Positions 39,301 through 53,072 of a DNA stretch of 64,000 bases are shown piece after piece. Position 1 is the stretch's first letter. Each line of letters begins with the position of its first letter. A model generated the notes under the pieces. It was given only the letters and a program-made list of their open reading frames with translations. It made no database searches and was not told where the DNA came from. The stretch lies in assembly GCA_028826165.1 (NCBI GenBank), contig JAPDFW010000065.1:248001-312000 (forward strand), written 5' to 3'. The position numbers were made by a program, and so were the translations under genes. This DNA comes from Anaeramoeba ignava BMAN (Eukaryota > Protista > Anaeramoebae).

Positions 39301-42300
39301 GAAAATATCAAAAACCAAAACAAAGATGAAATACCTGCCATTTCTTATTTAATCCAACAAATATTCATATTAATCCAAAGAATAAGTTCAAATGATGAGA
39401 ATGAAAATGGAAATGAGGAAAAAGAATTTATCGAACTGTTTGTATCTCAATGTTCAAAATCAATTTCTCAAAATAGGGAATGCATCCAAGAATTATTTCT
39501 ACATTCAAGATCATTAATCCTTTTCGAAAAATTATTGGATAATCAAGACCAAAAATCAATTTATTTGAGTTTGTCACTCATAAAAGAACTTATCAAAAAA
39601 AATGAGAAATTAGTTTTTCAATTTCAACAAATCATCAAAATACCCAAATTTGTAGCATTAATATATGAAAAGGAACAACAAAAGCCATCAAAGCAAATGC
39701 TTGATATTCTTTTGGATTTTATGATTAATAATGGAGAATTTTCTATCCAAAACAATTTCATTATCCGAAATACAGATATGATAATCATAATTTTAGAAAT
39801 TTTTTCTCAAAATTTACGGAAATGGAATCAAAATCAAATAGAAATTGAAGAAAATAATGGGAATGATAAGAATAGAGTATATTCTTTCTTTCAAGTTTTG
39901 GAAACATTTGATGAAATTTGTGAAAAATCGATTCATAATATTTATTGTTGCTGTGAAAAAAAAGTCATTTCCTTGTTACTTGAATTGATTCCCAAAATGA
40001 GCCATTTCAAAATATTCGAAAAAACAATCAAATTTATTGGGAAGCTTGGATCAAATAAAATATCTGTTTCTGAATTAAAGCAATATTTTTCATTAATGAA
40101 AGATCAATTAAAATTCAAAAACAAGAACTGTTCTAACATAATGTTGATTGAATTAAGAAAAATGGTGAATAACAAAAAGAAAGAAGAGCCAATAAATTTC
40201 TTTGATTTTTTTGAAGGAGATTCTCACATAAAACTACCAAGTTTGAGAAATTCACTCATTTCCAAAAAATTTAGTTTTTGTAGTTGGATAAGAAGTGAAG
40301 ATTTTCAAACTCCGCAATTTCTTTCAAAAAATCAACAAAATGAGCAAGTTTATCAACCAAGAATATTCAGCTTTTTAACAGAAGATTTACAAGGATTTGA
40401 ATTATTTTTCGAATTTAGTCAAGAAGAATCAAAAAATCAATCAATCATATATCAGATTTATGATGAAAAAGCAAACGAAACTATACAAGAAAAATTCCAG
40501 TTCTCAATGAAAAAAAAGAAGTGGTATTTTTTAGTTATGATACAAAAATATAAAGCAAAGAATTATGAAATGGAAATTTCAATTTACATCAATGGGAAAC
40601 AAAAATCAACCCAAAAAGTTCATTTAACAAATAAACTTGGGAATGAAAAACCCTTTATTAATAATAGAATAGGTTCAAGTGCTTCGTTTGAAAAGGAAAA
40701 TGGTTTAAATTCATTTTATGGACAAATTGGAACAATTTATCTTTTTCAACACACTCTAACTGAAAATCAAATTAAAGCTCTTTATTTTCTTGGACCAAAT
40801 TACAAATCATTTTTTTATCAAAACGAAATTGATCAATATTCCCATTTGAATTTGAACAACAAAATAGAGCAAGAGTTAAAAGATATTTTTAATGAAAAGC
40901 TCAATGATAAAATAATAATTTTCCACAATCCAAAAAATTTGAAAGAAGAGGCATGTGTAAATCAAAGCCCAAAAAATATAAACAAAGAGCAATCAATAAC
41001 AAAAGGAATTTTTTCTTTGACAAAAACTGATATCCAAGATATTATCTATTGTTTAGGAGGAATTGAAGCATTTTTTTATTTGATTCTTGAAATTGAAGAA
41101 TTATTTGAAGAAGAAATAGAAAAAGAGCCAAAAAACGAATCAAATGGAAATGAGAAGCAAACAAGAAGAAAAGAAAAAGCTTTTTTAGGAGATTTATTTG
41201 ATTCTGATAAGGAGATCTCAACAGATATAAGTGAAAATGAAATTGATTTTGAAAATCAAATTCAAATTCAAAATAATGAAATTCAAATTCGAAACGAAAT
41301 TGAAAATCAAATTGAAAATAATGATTTTGAAATTGAAAATAATTTTGACGAAATAATCAGAATAATTGGTGATATTTTATTAAAAAATGTTCATTTCCAA
41401 AAAGAAATTACCAAAAAAGAAAGATTTTCTATATTTGGGAATATCTTAAAGAAAATTCATTCAAAATACTTTCCAAAACGAATTTACTCCCTTATAAAAT
41501 CATTTATTGAAAATATCCAAAACAAACAATTTCAACTCCAACTAAAAACTCATTTGATTTTTGATATAATAATTTGGAAAAAATTGAACTTTGGATTACA
41601 AAAAAAGTTAATTGAAACTCTTCATTCCTATTTCCAAAAATACATCAATGATAAAAATCATAATATTCTAACAATTACAATTTCTGATCTAATCATTTTA
41701 TTAAATTTTTATGATGAATTGTTTTACAAAAGACAAGAATCAAACAAGTTAATTCAACTCCCTCATTTTATTGGTAATGAACAAAAAATTATTGATTTAC
41801 CAAGCAAACTATTTTCTATGGTTCATATTCTTTTGCATAATAATAAGCAAAGTTCTCAAAAAATTCATATTGTCTCATTGATTTTAGAATGTTTCATATT
41901 CAAAACACAATATTTTATTGAACAAACACTTACAGTTATTTACAATTTTTTAAAAGACGAAAAGCAAAATTGGAAATATTTAGTTTCAAAAGGGTTGTTC
42001 AATCCATTCATTCAAATAATGGAAAGAAGCAAAACAACGAAGATAATAGAGTTGTGCCTTAAAATTATCTATTGCATTGATTTTTCAATTAATGAGAGCC
42101 AAGAAGAATTTGAAAAAACAGGAAAGAAAAACTTGTCGACCATTTTCACATTGAAAGATATATATTCTTTAATCCATGAAACTATCGTATCATTCATAAA
42201 TAACAAAAATAGTCATTTTTCTCAAGAAATTGCAGAAATTCTATTTGATATGATGGTTTATGAAAATGAGAAATACGCTCTAAAAAATACAAATATTAAT

Positions 42301-45300
42301 AACCCTTTTGTTTTTCAAACAATTTGTGAAATGTTGAAAAAGTATCCAAATTTGTTTATGATTAAGAATTTCCACAACCTATTTATTTTACTAGCAGAAT
42401 ATAATACTAACAAAGAAAAAATACTTGCGCAATCTGGATGGGAATTATGGCTAATTTCATTGGTCAATTTTGAAACAGAACAAGATTCATTAAATTCAAA
42501 TTCAAATTCAAATGAAATTATGATAAAAAATGAAAATCAAGAACAAATCAATAATTTAGTTTTCAAAATCTTGAATCTAATGTTTATTTATTGCTTTCAT
42601 AATTCAACCCAAAATTTCCCAATAATTTTTGAGGAATTCATTTCATCGATAAATTTAATGAATTTATCAAGAAAGGACAAAAATACGAAATTTGAGCAAA
42701 TAATCATAAATGGGATTTTCTATGATCTTATCCATAAAACCAAAAGAAATGAGCAATTTGTCACTTCGAATTCAACTTTAACTCAAATTTCTGTTGAGAA
42801 ATTTAACTATAATTTATTTTATTTGATCAAAGTATTGAATGGGATTATGTTTCATTTATCAACAAAAGATGAGAACAATCCAGAAAATGAAAAGATAGTC
42901 AATCAAATGATTCAGACAAGAGTCTCAATACATTTCACAACAGTTATCAAAAATCTGAATCTAAATGTTGCAAGAAAGGAAAAAAGCAAAGAAAAGAACA
43001 TTTTGGAAATTGGGAATGAATTTGAAATGATCGAAAAGGAGATAATTGTAAATATGCTTAAATCAATGGAAATTTTGGGAATTTTGGAGAAATTGTCATT
43101 CCAAAACAAAAGCAAAAATGGAGTTAGATTACTTTATAAAATGGTGCTATTTTTAATTCTCTTTTCAATTCCTCATTTAGAAGAAGAAACAGAAGAGGAA
43201 AAAGAAAAAATTGAGATTATTCTTTCATCGTTAAAAAACATTATGAAAAAACCTTTAAATTGGAAAAAATCAACAATCCAAAATTCACAAGAATTACTTA
43301 CAATTTGTTTTTCTTTTTTATTTTCGTACATTTATCAAGAAAAGGGAAATGGTGGATGGAAAAGGAAAAAGATATTTGAATACTTAAGATTAATCATGAG
43401 AGATAATTATCGTTTTCTATTTGGTTTATTTTCAATTCAAAATTTCAATGGAAATTTACTTTCTCGAAGAGCAAGAAATTCTTTTGTATTTTTAGATGAG
43501 GAAATTGAAAAATTTGAAAAGGAAATTATGGAGGAAAAATGGCAAAAGGCAACTGACAAGATTTTCTTTCCAGTGATCCAAAAAATAGCAGAAGATATTG
43601 AAGAAAATGCAAAAGAATTTATAAATATACAGGCAAACAACCTAAATTATTTGGAGTCACAAATCAAACAAAAACAAACACAAATTCGGGTTGTTTCTGG
43701 GAAATTTGAACGGCAATTCCAAGGATTGATCAAAGAAGAAAAAAAAAGGTTATTGAAAACAAAAGTTGAAACAGAAAGAGCGAGAATAGAGTTGCAAAAA
43801 TTCAAAAAAATGATTGAGAATTCCGTTTCGGAAAAATATCCATGGAGTTCAGATGCAATCAGTATTTTGGATAAAGATTTTGAAAATCAGCAGTTTTATG
43901 TGAAACTATCTGAAACTGAGGATAAAATGAGAAGACAAAAGAAATTGAAGTTTTATTCCAGGGAAAGCGAGAATATCATTAATAATGAAATGGAAAACAA
44001 GAATAATTTACGAAGAATCAAACAAAAATTGGAGAATCAGATCGTTGAAATTATCCAAAAAGAAAAAAACAAAGCAAATCAAGAAAAAGAACAAGAATCG
44101 AAAAGAACAAATATTTTATTCTCAAGAAAATGCGAAATGGTTTCCAGAACACAAACAACACAAGGAATGTTCCAAATTACACAAAATTCAATCAATTTTT
44201 TTGTTGATTTTGATTTTGATTTTGATTTTGATTTGAACAAAGTTGAAAAGGGAAGAAAGGATTATTTATGGAAAATTGAAATGATTCAATCCATTCATAA
44301 AAGGAGATTTAATCTCAGACATTCAGCATTAGAAATATTTTTTGAAAACAGGAAATGTGTATTTTTCAACTTTTCAACAATGGAAACAAGGAATGAAATT
44401 TTTGAAAGAATACAAAAGCACAAATTGGCGGATATAAACCAGTCAACATTTATTTACTCAGGAAATGAACCAACAAAATGGATCGAAAAATTCCAAATTA
44501 CAAAACAATGGGAAAAAAGAAAAATATCCAATTTTGAATATCTTATGTATTTAAACACAATATCGGGAAGAACATACAAAGATCTTTCGCAATATCCTAT
44601 TTTCCCGTGGATTATTTCTGACTATAAATCTGAAAAGTTGGATCTTTTTCACCAGGAAACATTTAGAGATTTATCCAAACCCATTAATGTTTCAGATGAA
44701 AAGTATCAACAAAACGGAAAGGAAAATGAGAATGAAATAAATTCTCAAAAATTGTATTCAAATCGAGAAATTGTTTCATCTTATTTGATTAGATTAGAAC
44801 CATTTACCTCAATTTGTTTAAAAGAAAAGTATCCAATTTTCAAATCAATTCCTAAATCATGGGAATCAACAAGAAAATCAAATAATTATTTTATTGGCGA
44901 ACTTATTCCCGAATTTTTCCATTTGCCAGATTTTCTCAGAAAACCAAAAATATTTAAAAATGAAAATCTAAATGGGATCACAGATGTTGAGCTTCCAAAA
45001 TGGGCAAAAACACCAGAAGAATTTATTCAATTGCATAAAGAAGCGCTTGAGTCAGAATATGTTTCAAGACATCTACATGAATGGATTGATTTGATATTTG
45101 GATATAAACAAAAGGGAAAAGAAACCAAGAAAGCAATTCATGAGACTCAGAAGGAAATGCAAAGAAAAGGACAGCTACCGATTCAATTATTTACAAAGAA
45201 ACATCCGAAAAGAGACTCCAAAAAGGAAATAAGAAAATCATCATCATCATCATCTCCTTTTTTTGAATGGAAAGATGCTTTATCGCTTAGATCTTTTAAT

Positions 45301-45545
45301 TTCAAAAGTTTCAAATTCAAAATTGGAAAGATGCTTTATCGATCAAATTATGACATTTGATCTTTGGATCTCTTTATTTCAAAAGTTTCAAATTCAAAAT
45401 TGGATCGAATCCAATAATATTTACAAAATTCTATGAATTGGTTGAAAATATAATGATAACAGGAGAAAGCGATCAAATTATGACATTTGATAAAGAAGGA
45501 GTTATTGGAAGGCATTATTTTAAGAATTTGATTCTGAGAAATTAA
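36315..45545 (+). CDS. Large BEACH-domain protein (neurobeachin/Lvs-like): ConA/LamG-like domain, PH-BEACH, divergent BEACH, no full WD40 tail; introns near 36447-36555, 37676-37745 and 38729-38802
   Basis: FSFCSWIR...WYFLVM...FYGQIGTIYLF...ALYFLGPNY (ConA-like), IHKRRFNLRHSALEIFF (PH), WEKRKISNFEYLMYLNTISGRTYKDLSQYPIFPW, ELIPEFF, DVELPKWA and ALESEYVSRHLHEWIDLIFGYKQ. 5' exon structure partly uncertain. Confidence 0.85.
36895..37385 (+). repeat. Hexamer low-complexity tract (aatcaa/aatgaa/attgaa) encoding N/Q/E-rich sequence within the BEACH gene
   Basis: Direct inspection. It generates the spurious KIKM and FDF ORFs. Confidence 0.85.
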
Positions 45546-45597
45546 TAGGAGGAGAAAAAGGAATTTTGAAATTCGGAAATTATTGCATTTTTCAAGA

Positions 45598-48500
45598 TTA
45601 AAAATTTTGATTTATTAATTCGCAAATTTCAAGACCAATTTGACATTTTTCGCAAATATTGCAAAGTTTATCAGCAAATTTAGGAAGATAAGAAGCACCG
45701 CAATAAGGACAAGAAATCTTTTGATTTCCACGATAAATTGGAGTAAAAGAATGAGAACAAATTACAAAAGGATTTCTTTCATCATAATTAATCTTAATTG
45801 CGTTGTTTTGATTCTTTTCACAAAATGAAGCAATTTTTCTTGCTTTTTCTGACAATTCTTGATTTGCTCCAAGTTCTAAAACTCTTTTTGCAAATGTTAA
45901 TGCAATTCCATAATTTTTTGCTTTAAAATTCAAAAACATTGCTGAACGAAGACTTAAAATTAAATGATTCAAAGAAAGATTGCAATGAGTAAAATAACAG
46001 GACATTTCAAGTGAACGTTTGATATCTTTGGATGATTTTCTTCTTTCTTCCTCAATTTTAAATGCTGTTATATATTCCTTACAAATTGTGATTAATTTTT
46101 GTGCTTCTTTGACTTCAGATAAATCATCAACAATTAATAAAGGAATGGAAAATAAAATGTTCTGGAATATTTTCATACTTTCTGAAAATTTTCCTGATGT
46201 TGTTAAATCTAATGCTTTTTTGAATTCTTTTTTGATAATTTCCATTTTGAGTGGGATTGATAAACTTTTTTCTGTTTGGAAACTTGTAATTTCTAAAGGA
46301 ATGGGATTTAAATTTGAAAAACCGAAAAGTGTTGAATGAGTTCCCAAATATGTGTTTAAAAACAGATTTTTCAAAGGTTTGAAATTAATAACGCCAATTT
46401 GTTTGTTAAGTAAATGGAAGGCGATTTTGAATGAGCCAGTAGAAACATGGTCTGAAACAATTTCTGATGATTCAAAGGATTTTTCTGATTTGAATTTGCC
46501 GTGAATTGGAACAACATAAATAGTTTGAGGTTGTTTGTTTTGTGAATCAAGATTATCAAGAAGATTTGAGTTTTGAGGCAATTCACCAAGATCAATATCA
46601 ACACCATCAAGCCAAGCATTTTGGTTGTCGATAGTTTGTGAAGAATTGTCTTCATCAAAACTAATTAATTGTTGTGTCATTCCCCAAAATTTGATCATCA
46701 AGTAATAAATTATTATTATTGTTGTTGTTATTGATATTTTGAATATCTGGAATATCCCATTCGCCAATAACTTGAATATTTTCATTTTGGATTTGGTTTT
46801 CATTTCCAAGTATTTGTTGTGTTGTTTGAGCAGATTGCAATCCGCGATAAACCATTAATAAAGGCCAACTTTCTGCTTGAAGAATTGGTAATTGAGGCTG
46901 CATTAAAATGGGTGTTTTTTGTTTGAATTCAGGAACTTTTTTGTTTTGGCTTTCAAGTAATTTTTGCAAATCTGAAGCTTTTTCTTCAAGACCATGAGAT
47001 TTTGCAGTTAAATAAGCAAACGCGAGTTGATTCTGTTTGATCAATAAATTGATTCTTGTTTCGACATCGCCCAAATAGAAGGTGTTGTTGAATTGGGTCA
47101 TGAAATCGTTTTTTGATTCAGCGTTTTTGGAGATTTCTTTGATTCCATTGATATTTCCGGTTACTAAATATAAAAAGGAAAGTTCTTGAGAAACATTGAT
47201 TCTTTTATAAGAATTTTCAGCAATTTCAAGATCGCCGAGTTTTAGGGATTCTTTTGTTAATTTATGCCAACATTCCCTTTTGTCAATTTTCTTAGCGGAT
47301 TCAAAGGCTGATTTGATATCTCCGCATTCCAAAGCGAGTTCGAATCTAAGACGTTCATTTTCAACGAAATTAAGAGCAATATCAGGATAACCTTTTTCTC
47401 TAAGATAGGAAACGATTGATTGGCCGAATATTTTGGAGGATTTCAAAATGGAAACAACTTCATCGAATCTCTGTTCGTTGATTGCGAGTTTGAAACGGAA
47501 TTCTGTTGAATCCATGCCCAACGGCTCAATATCATGTTTCCTATTCAAAGCAAAAACACTGTTTTCTTTGATTGTTGTTAAATAAACGGGTTTTTCAAGA
47601 GTGCGAATTATTCCTGTATCTCCTGATTTCAAACAATATTTCAAATGGTTCAAAGTTGTGTAAATAAAGACACCAGATTTACTCCATTTCCCGCTTTTGA
47701 TTCGGATTGATTCTGAAAGAGAGCATAAATGGCTGAGTTTTTTGTCGCAAAGAATAATTGAATGAGCATTGAATAAAGCAAGAAATTGCATGTCATCAGA
47801 CCAAGAGATGTATTTGATATTTTTGGCCACAATTTCGGCAACTGTTCTTTGTTGTTGGATGTCGAGCATGAAAACCATTGATGCGCTTCTGAGAAGAACA
47901 AGACCGTTTTGAGCAGGAAATAGTCTTGTTATATTGTGCGCGTTTGGAAGGGAAAAATTTTGGTTTATATTTTGTTTTAAATTTTGTTGGAATAATTCGT
48001 CGTTAATTTGGATTTTTTTGGTGATTTTGTTCTCGAGATTTTTGATGAAAATATCTGTTTTTTGGTGAATAACTGCGAATTTATTGCGTGAAACCCAGAC
48101 GGCTGATGAACCAAGTCCGGGTCTTGGAGAGCTGAATTTTCTTTTGAATAAAGAAAGCATTTCGAAGGAATTTTGCAGCTCAATTATAAGTAGACTTTCA
48201 TAAGGATTGTATTGCAGACTGAGGATGTCTGAAACTTGGGTATTTTGGGAAGTTTGAGCAACAACGGCCTGTGAGTTAGAATTCAAATTATACGCTAAAA
48301 TGGACTCGTTTTTAAAGTAAATAATATTGTTTTCATTCAAGCAAAAAGCGGGTCTTTCGTTTTGCAATTTGAATACAAAAAAACCATAATCATGAGCAGC
48401 GGCGAAGAGTTTTTCATTGCGGTTCGCAGCAACAGCCCAGAATTTAGTGCCGTCCTTGCGGAAAGTTTTTGTATTGATATTTTTCTGAGTATTCCAAACA

Positions 48501-49351
48501 CGCAAAGTTGAGTCTTCTGAAGTTGAGATAACAAGATCATCAATCGGATCAAAAATGACGCAAGAAATTGACGCACGATGGCCGTTGAATGTATCCATAA
48601 GCCAGGCTTGAGTGTCTGAAATTTTCCAGAGTTTCAAAGTTTTGTCATTTGATCCAGAAATAATGACAGGTAAATCGGGATGAAAACTTGCCCAATTAAC
48701 ACCTTTTTCATGGTCTTCAAGAATAAACTTAAGCATAACGTCAGTTGATCCAAAAAGATCACTTTGCAGTTCCGAAATTGAATTCGGGCCAGGGGTATAA
48801 AAATTAACGGGATCTTTGAGAGTTGGTGCGACGGAAAAATATTTGTTTTTCAATCCAGTGATGTCCCAAACCCTTATAGTGTTGTCTAAACTTGACGAGA
48901 TGATCAAATCCTTTTTTTCGTGGAAAGCGGCGCTTGTTACAAAGTGGTCATGACCAGATATAACGGAAATGCAGGTCCGATTCTGCCAGTTCCAGATCCG
49001 CATCGTTTGATCATCTGATGAGCTGATAAGCCATGGATACTCGTTATGGAAATGAACGCTCCGAATGTAGTCAATATGTCCGCTCAGCTCAAAGATGCAT
49101 TTTTTTTGCTTGTAGTTCCAAACTCGAACGATGCAATCATCGCCTCCTGATGCGAAAAGTGGTTGATTTGGATGGAAATCTAGCCCTCTAACTGCCCCTT
49201 TGTGTTGATCATACTTCCCGATTCGGTGCTTGCTTCGATAATCCCAAATACTGATTCTTCCGTTGTAAAATCCCCCAATTATCCAGGGTCTTGTTGGGTG
49301 GAATTTTATACATTTTATTCTTTTCGTTTTTACATCAAATTTTATTTTCAT
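45598..49351 (-). CDS. COPA: Coatomer alpha subunit (alpha-COP); frameshift near 46665-46700
   Basis: N-terminal WD40 (RIKCIKFHPTRPWI, GHIDYIRSVHFHNEYPWLISSSDDQTMRIWNWQNR, HEKGVNWASFHP), YTTLNHLKY, GQSIVSYLREKGYP, and C-terminal YDERNPFVIC..TPIYRG..CPYCGA. Confidence 0.96.
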
Positions 49352-49435
49352 TTTTTTAATAAAGAAATTAATTGAAAAATTGAAAAAATGAAAAAATTAA
49401 AAAATTAAAAAAAATTTTAAAAATGATTTGGAAAA

Positions 49436-52400
49436 TATTTTATAAACAATTTATAAATAAACTATAAATCAAAATAGATTAAAATTTAAATTAAAATAAA
49501 ATTAAAATAAAATTAACAAAATATTTAATAATATTAATTTATATATTAATTATAAAATATTAATAAAATTATATTTAAAAACAATTTATAAATAAACTAT
49601 AAATCAAAATAGATTAAAATTTAAATTAAATTGAAATTAAAATAAAATTAACAAAATATTTAATAATAATAATTTATATATTAATTATAAAATATTAATA
49701 AAATTATATTTAAAAACAATTTATAAATAAACTATAAATCAAAAATAGATTAAAATTTAAATTAAAAATAAAATTAAAATTAAAATTAACAAAATATTTA
49801 ATAATATTAATTTATATATTAATTATAAAATATTTATAAAATTATATTTAAAAACAATTTATAAATAAACAATTATAAATCAAAATAGATTAAAATTTAA
49901 ATTAAAATGAAATTAAAAATAAAATTAACAAAATATTTAATAATATTAATTTATATATTAATTATAAAATATTAATAAAATTATATTTAAAAACAATTTA
50001 TAAATAAATTATAAATCAAAATAGATTAAAATTTAATTTAAAATAAAAATAAAATAAAATTAACAAAATATTTAATAATATTAATTTAATATATTAATTA
50101 TAAAATATTTATAAAATTATATTTAAAAACAATTTATAAATAAACTATAAATCAAAATAGATTAAAATTTAAATTAAAATAAAATTAAAATAAAATTAAT
50201 AAAATATTTAATAATATTAATTTATATATTAATTATAAAATATTTATAAAATTATATTTATAAACAATTTATAAATAAATAATAAATCAAAATAGATTAA
50301 AATTTAAATCAAATTGAAAATTAAAATAAAATTAATAAAATATTTAATAATATTAATTTATATATTAATTATAAAATATTTATAAAATTATATTTATAAA
50401 CAATTTATAAATAAACTATAAATCAAAATAGATTAAAATTTAATCAAAATTAAATTAAAATAAAATTAATAAAATATTTAATAATAATAATTTATATATT
50501 AATTATAAAATATTTAATAAAATTATATTTATAAACAATTTATAAATAAACTATAAATCAAAATAGATTAAAATTTAAATTAAAATGAAATTAAAATAAA
50601 ATTAACAAAATATTTAATAATATTAATTTATATATTAATTATAAAATATTTATAAAATTATATTTATAAACAATTTATAAATAAACTATAAATCAAAATA
50701 GATTAAAATTTAAATTAAAATTAAATTAAAATAAAATTAATAAAATATTTAATAATATTAATTTATATATTAATTATAAAATATTTATAAAATTATATTT
50801 ATAAACAATTTATAAATAAATTATAAATCAAAATAGATTAAAATTTAAATTAAAATAAAATTAAAATAAAATTAACATAAAATATTTAATAATATTAATT
50901 TATATATTAATTATAAAATATTTATAAAATTATATTTATAAACAATTTATAAATAAATTATAAATCAAAATAGATTAAAATTTAAATTAAAATTAAATTA
51001 AAATAAAATTAACAAAATATTTAATAATATTAATTTATATATTAATTATAAAATATTTATAAAATTATATTTATAAACAATTTATAAATAAACTATAAAT
51101 CAAAATAGATTAAAATTTAAATTAAAAATGAAATTAAAATAAAATTAATAAAATATTTAATAATATTAATTTATATATTAATTATAAAATATTTATAAAA
51201 TTATATTTAAAAACAATTTATAAATAAACTATAAATCAAAATAGATTAAAATTTAAATTAAAATTAAATTAAAATAAAATTAACAAAAATATTTAATAAT
51301 ATTAATTTATATATTAATTATAAAATATTTATAAAATTATATTTAAAAACAATTTATAAATAAATTATAAATCAAAATAGATTAAAATTTAAATTAAAAA
51401 TAAAATTAAAATAAAATTAACATAATATTTAATAAATTTTAATTTATATATTAATTATAAAATATTTATAAAATTAAATTTATAAAAACAATTTATAAAT
51501 AAATAATAAATCAAAAATAGATTAAAATTTAAATTAAAAATGAAATTAAAATTAAATTAATAAAATATTTAATAATATTAATTTATATATTAATTATAAA
51601 ATATTAATAAAATTATATTTAAAAACAATTTATAAATAAACTATAAATCAAAATAGATTAAAATTTAAATTAAAATTGAAATTAAAATAAAATTAACAAA
51701 ATATTTAATAACAATAATTTATATATTAATTATAAAATATTTATAAAATTATATTTATAAACAATTTATAAATAAATTATAAATCAAAATAGATTAAAAA
51801 TTTAAATTAAAATAAAATTAAAATAAAATTAATAAAATATTTAATAATATTAATTTATATATTAATTATAAAATATTAATAAAATTATATTTATAAACAA
51901 TTTATAAATAAATAATAAATCAAAATAGATTAAAATTTAAATCAAAAATGAAATTAAAAATAAAATTAACAAAAATATTTAATAATATTAATTTATATAT
52001 TAATTATAAAATATTTATAAAATTATATTTAAAAACAATTTATAAATAAACTATAAATCAAAAATAAATTTAAATTAAAATTAAATTAAATAAAAATTAA
52101 TAAAATATTTAATAATATTAATTTATATATTAATTATAAAATATTTATAAAATTAAATTTATAAACAATTCATAAATAAATTATAAATCAAAATAGATTA
52201 AAATTTAATTAAAATGAAATTAAAATAAAATTAATAAAATATTTAATAATATTAATTTATATATTAATTATAAAATATTTATAAAATTAAATTTATAAAC
52301 AATTCATAAATAAATTATAAATCAAAATAGATTAAAATTTAATTAAAATGAAATTAAAATAAAATTAATAAAATATTTAATAATATTAATTTTATATATT

Positions 52401-53005
52401 AATTATAAAATATTTATAAAATTATATTTATAAACAATTTATAAATAAACTATAAATCAAAATAGATTAAAAAATTTAATTAAAATGAAATTAAAATAAA
52501 ATTAACAAAATATTTAATAATATAAATATAAATATAATTATAAATATTTATAAACAATTTATAAATAAATATAAATCAAAATAGATTAAAAATTTAATTA
52601 AAATGAAATTAAAATAAAATTAATAAAATATTTAATAAATAATTAATATATAAATATAAAATAATAATAAAATTAAATTTATAAACAATTCATAAATAAA
52701 TTATAAATCAAAATAGATTAAAATTTAATTAAAATAAAATTAAAATAAAATTAACAAAATATTTAATAATATTAATTTATATATTAATTATAAAATATTT
52801 ATAAAATTATATTTAAAAACAATTTATAAATAAATTATAAATTAAAATAGATTAAAATTTAAATTAAATTAAAAATAAATTAAAATTAACAAAATATTTA
52901 ATAATAATAATTTATATATTAATTATAAAATATTAATAAAATTATATTTATAAACAATTTATAAATAAACTATAAATCAAAATAGATTAAAATTTTAATT
53001 AAAAT
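49436..53005. repeat. ~135-bp AT-rich tandem satellite, ~26 units, filling the divergent COPA-EML intergenic region
   Basis: Marker 'tagattaaaa' at 49475, 49610, 49746 and onward to ~52983. Confidence 0.92.
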
Positions 53006-53072
53006 TGAAAATTAAGAAAAAAAAAAATTTTTAATAATCATTTTTTTCCTCATAAAAAAAGCAAAAAAAAAA

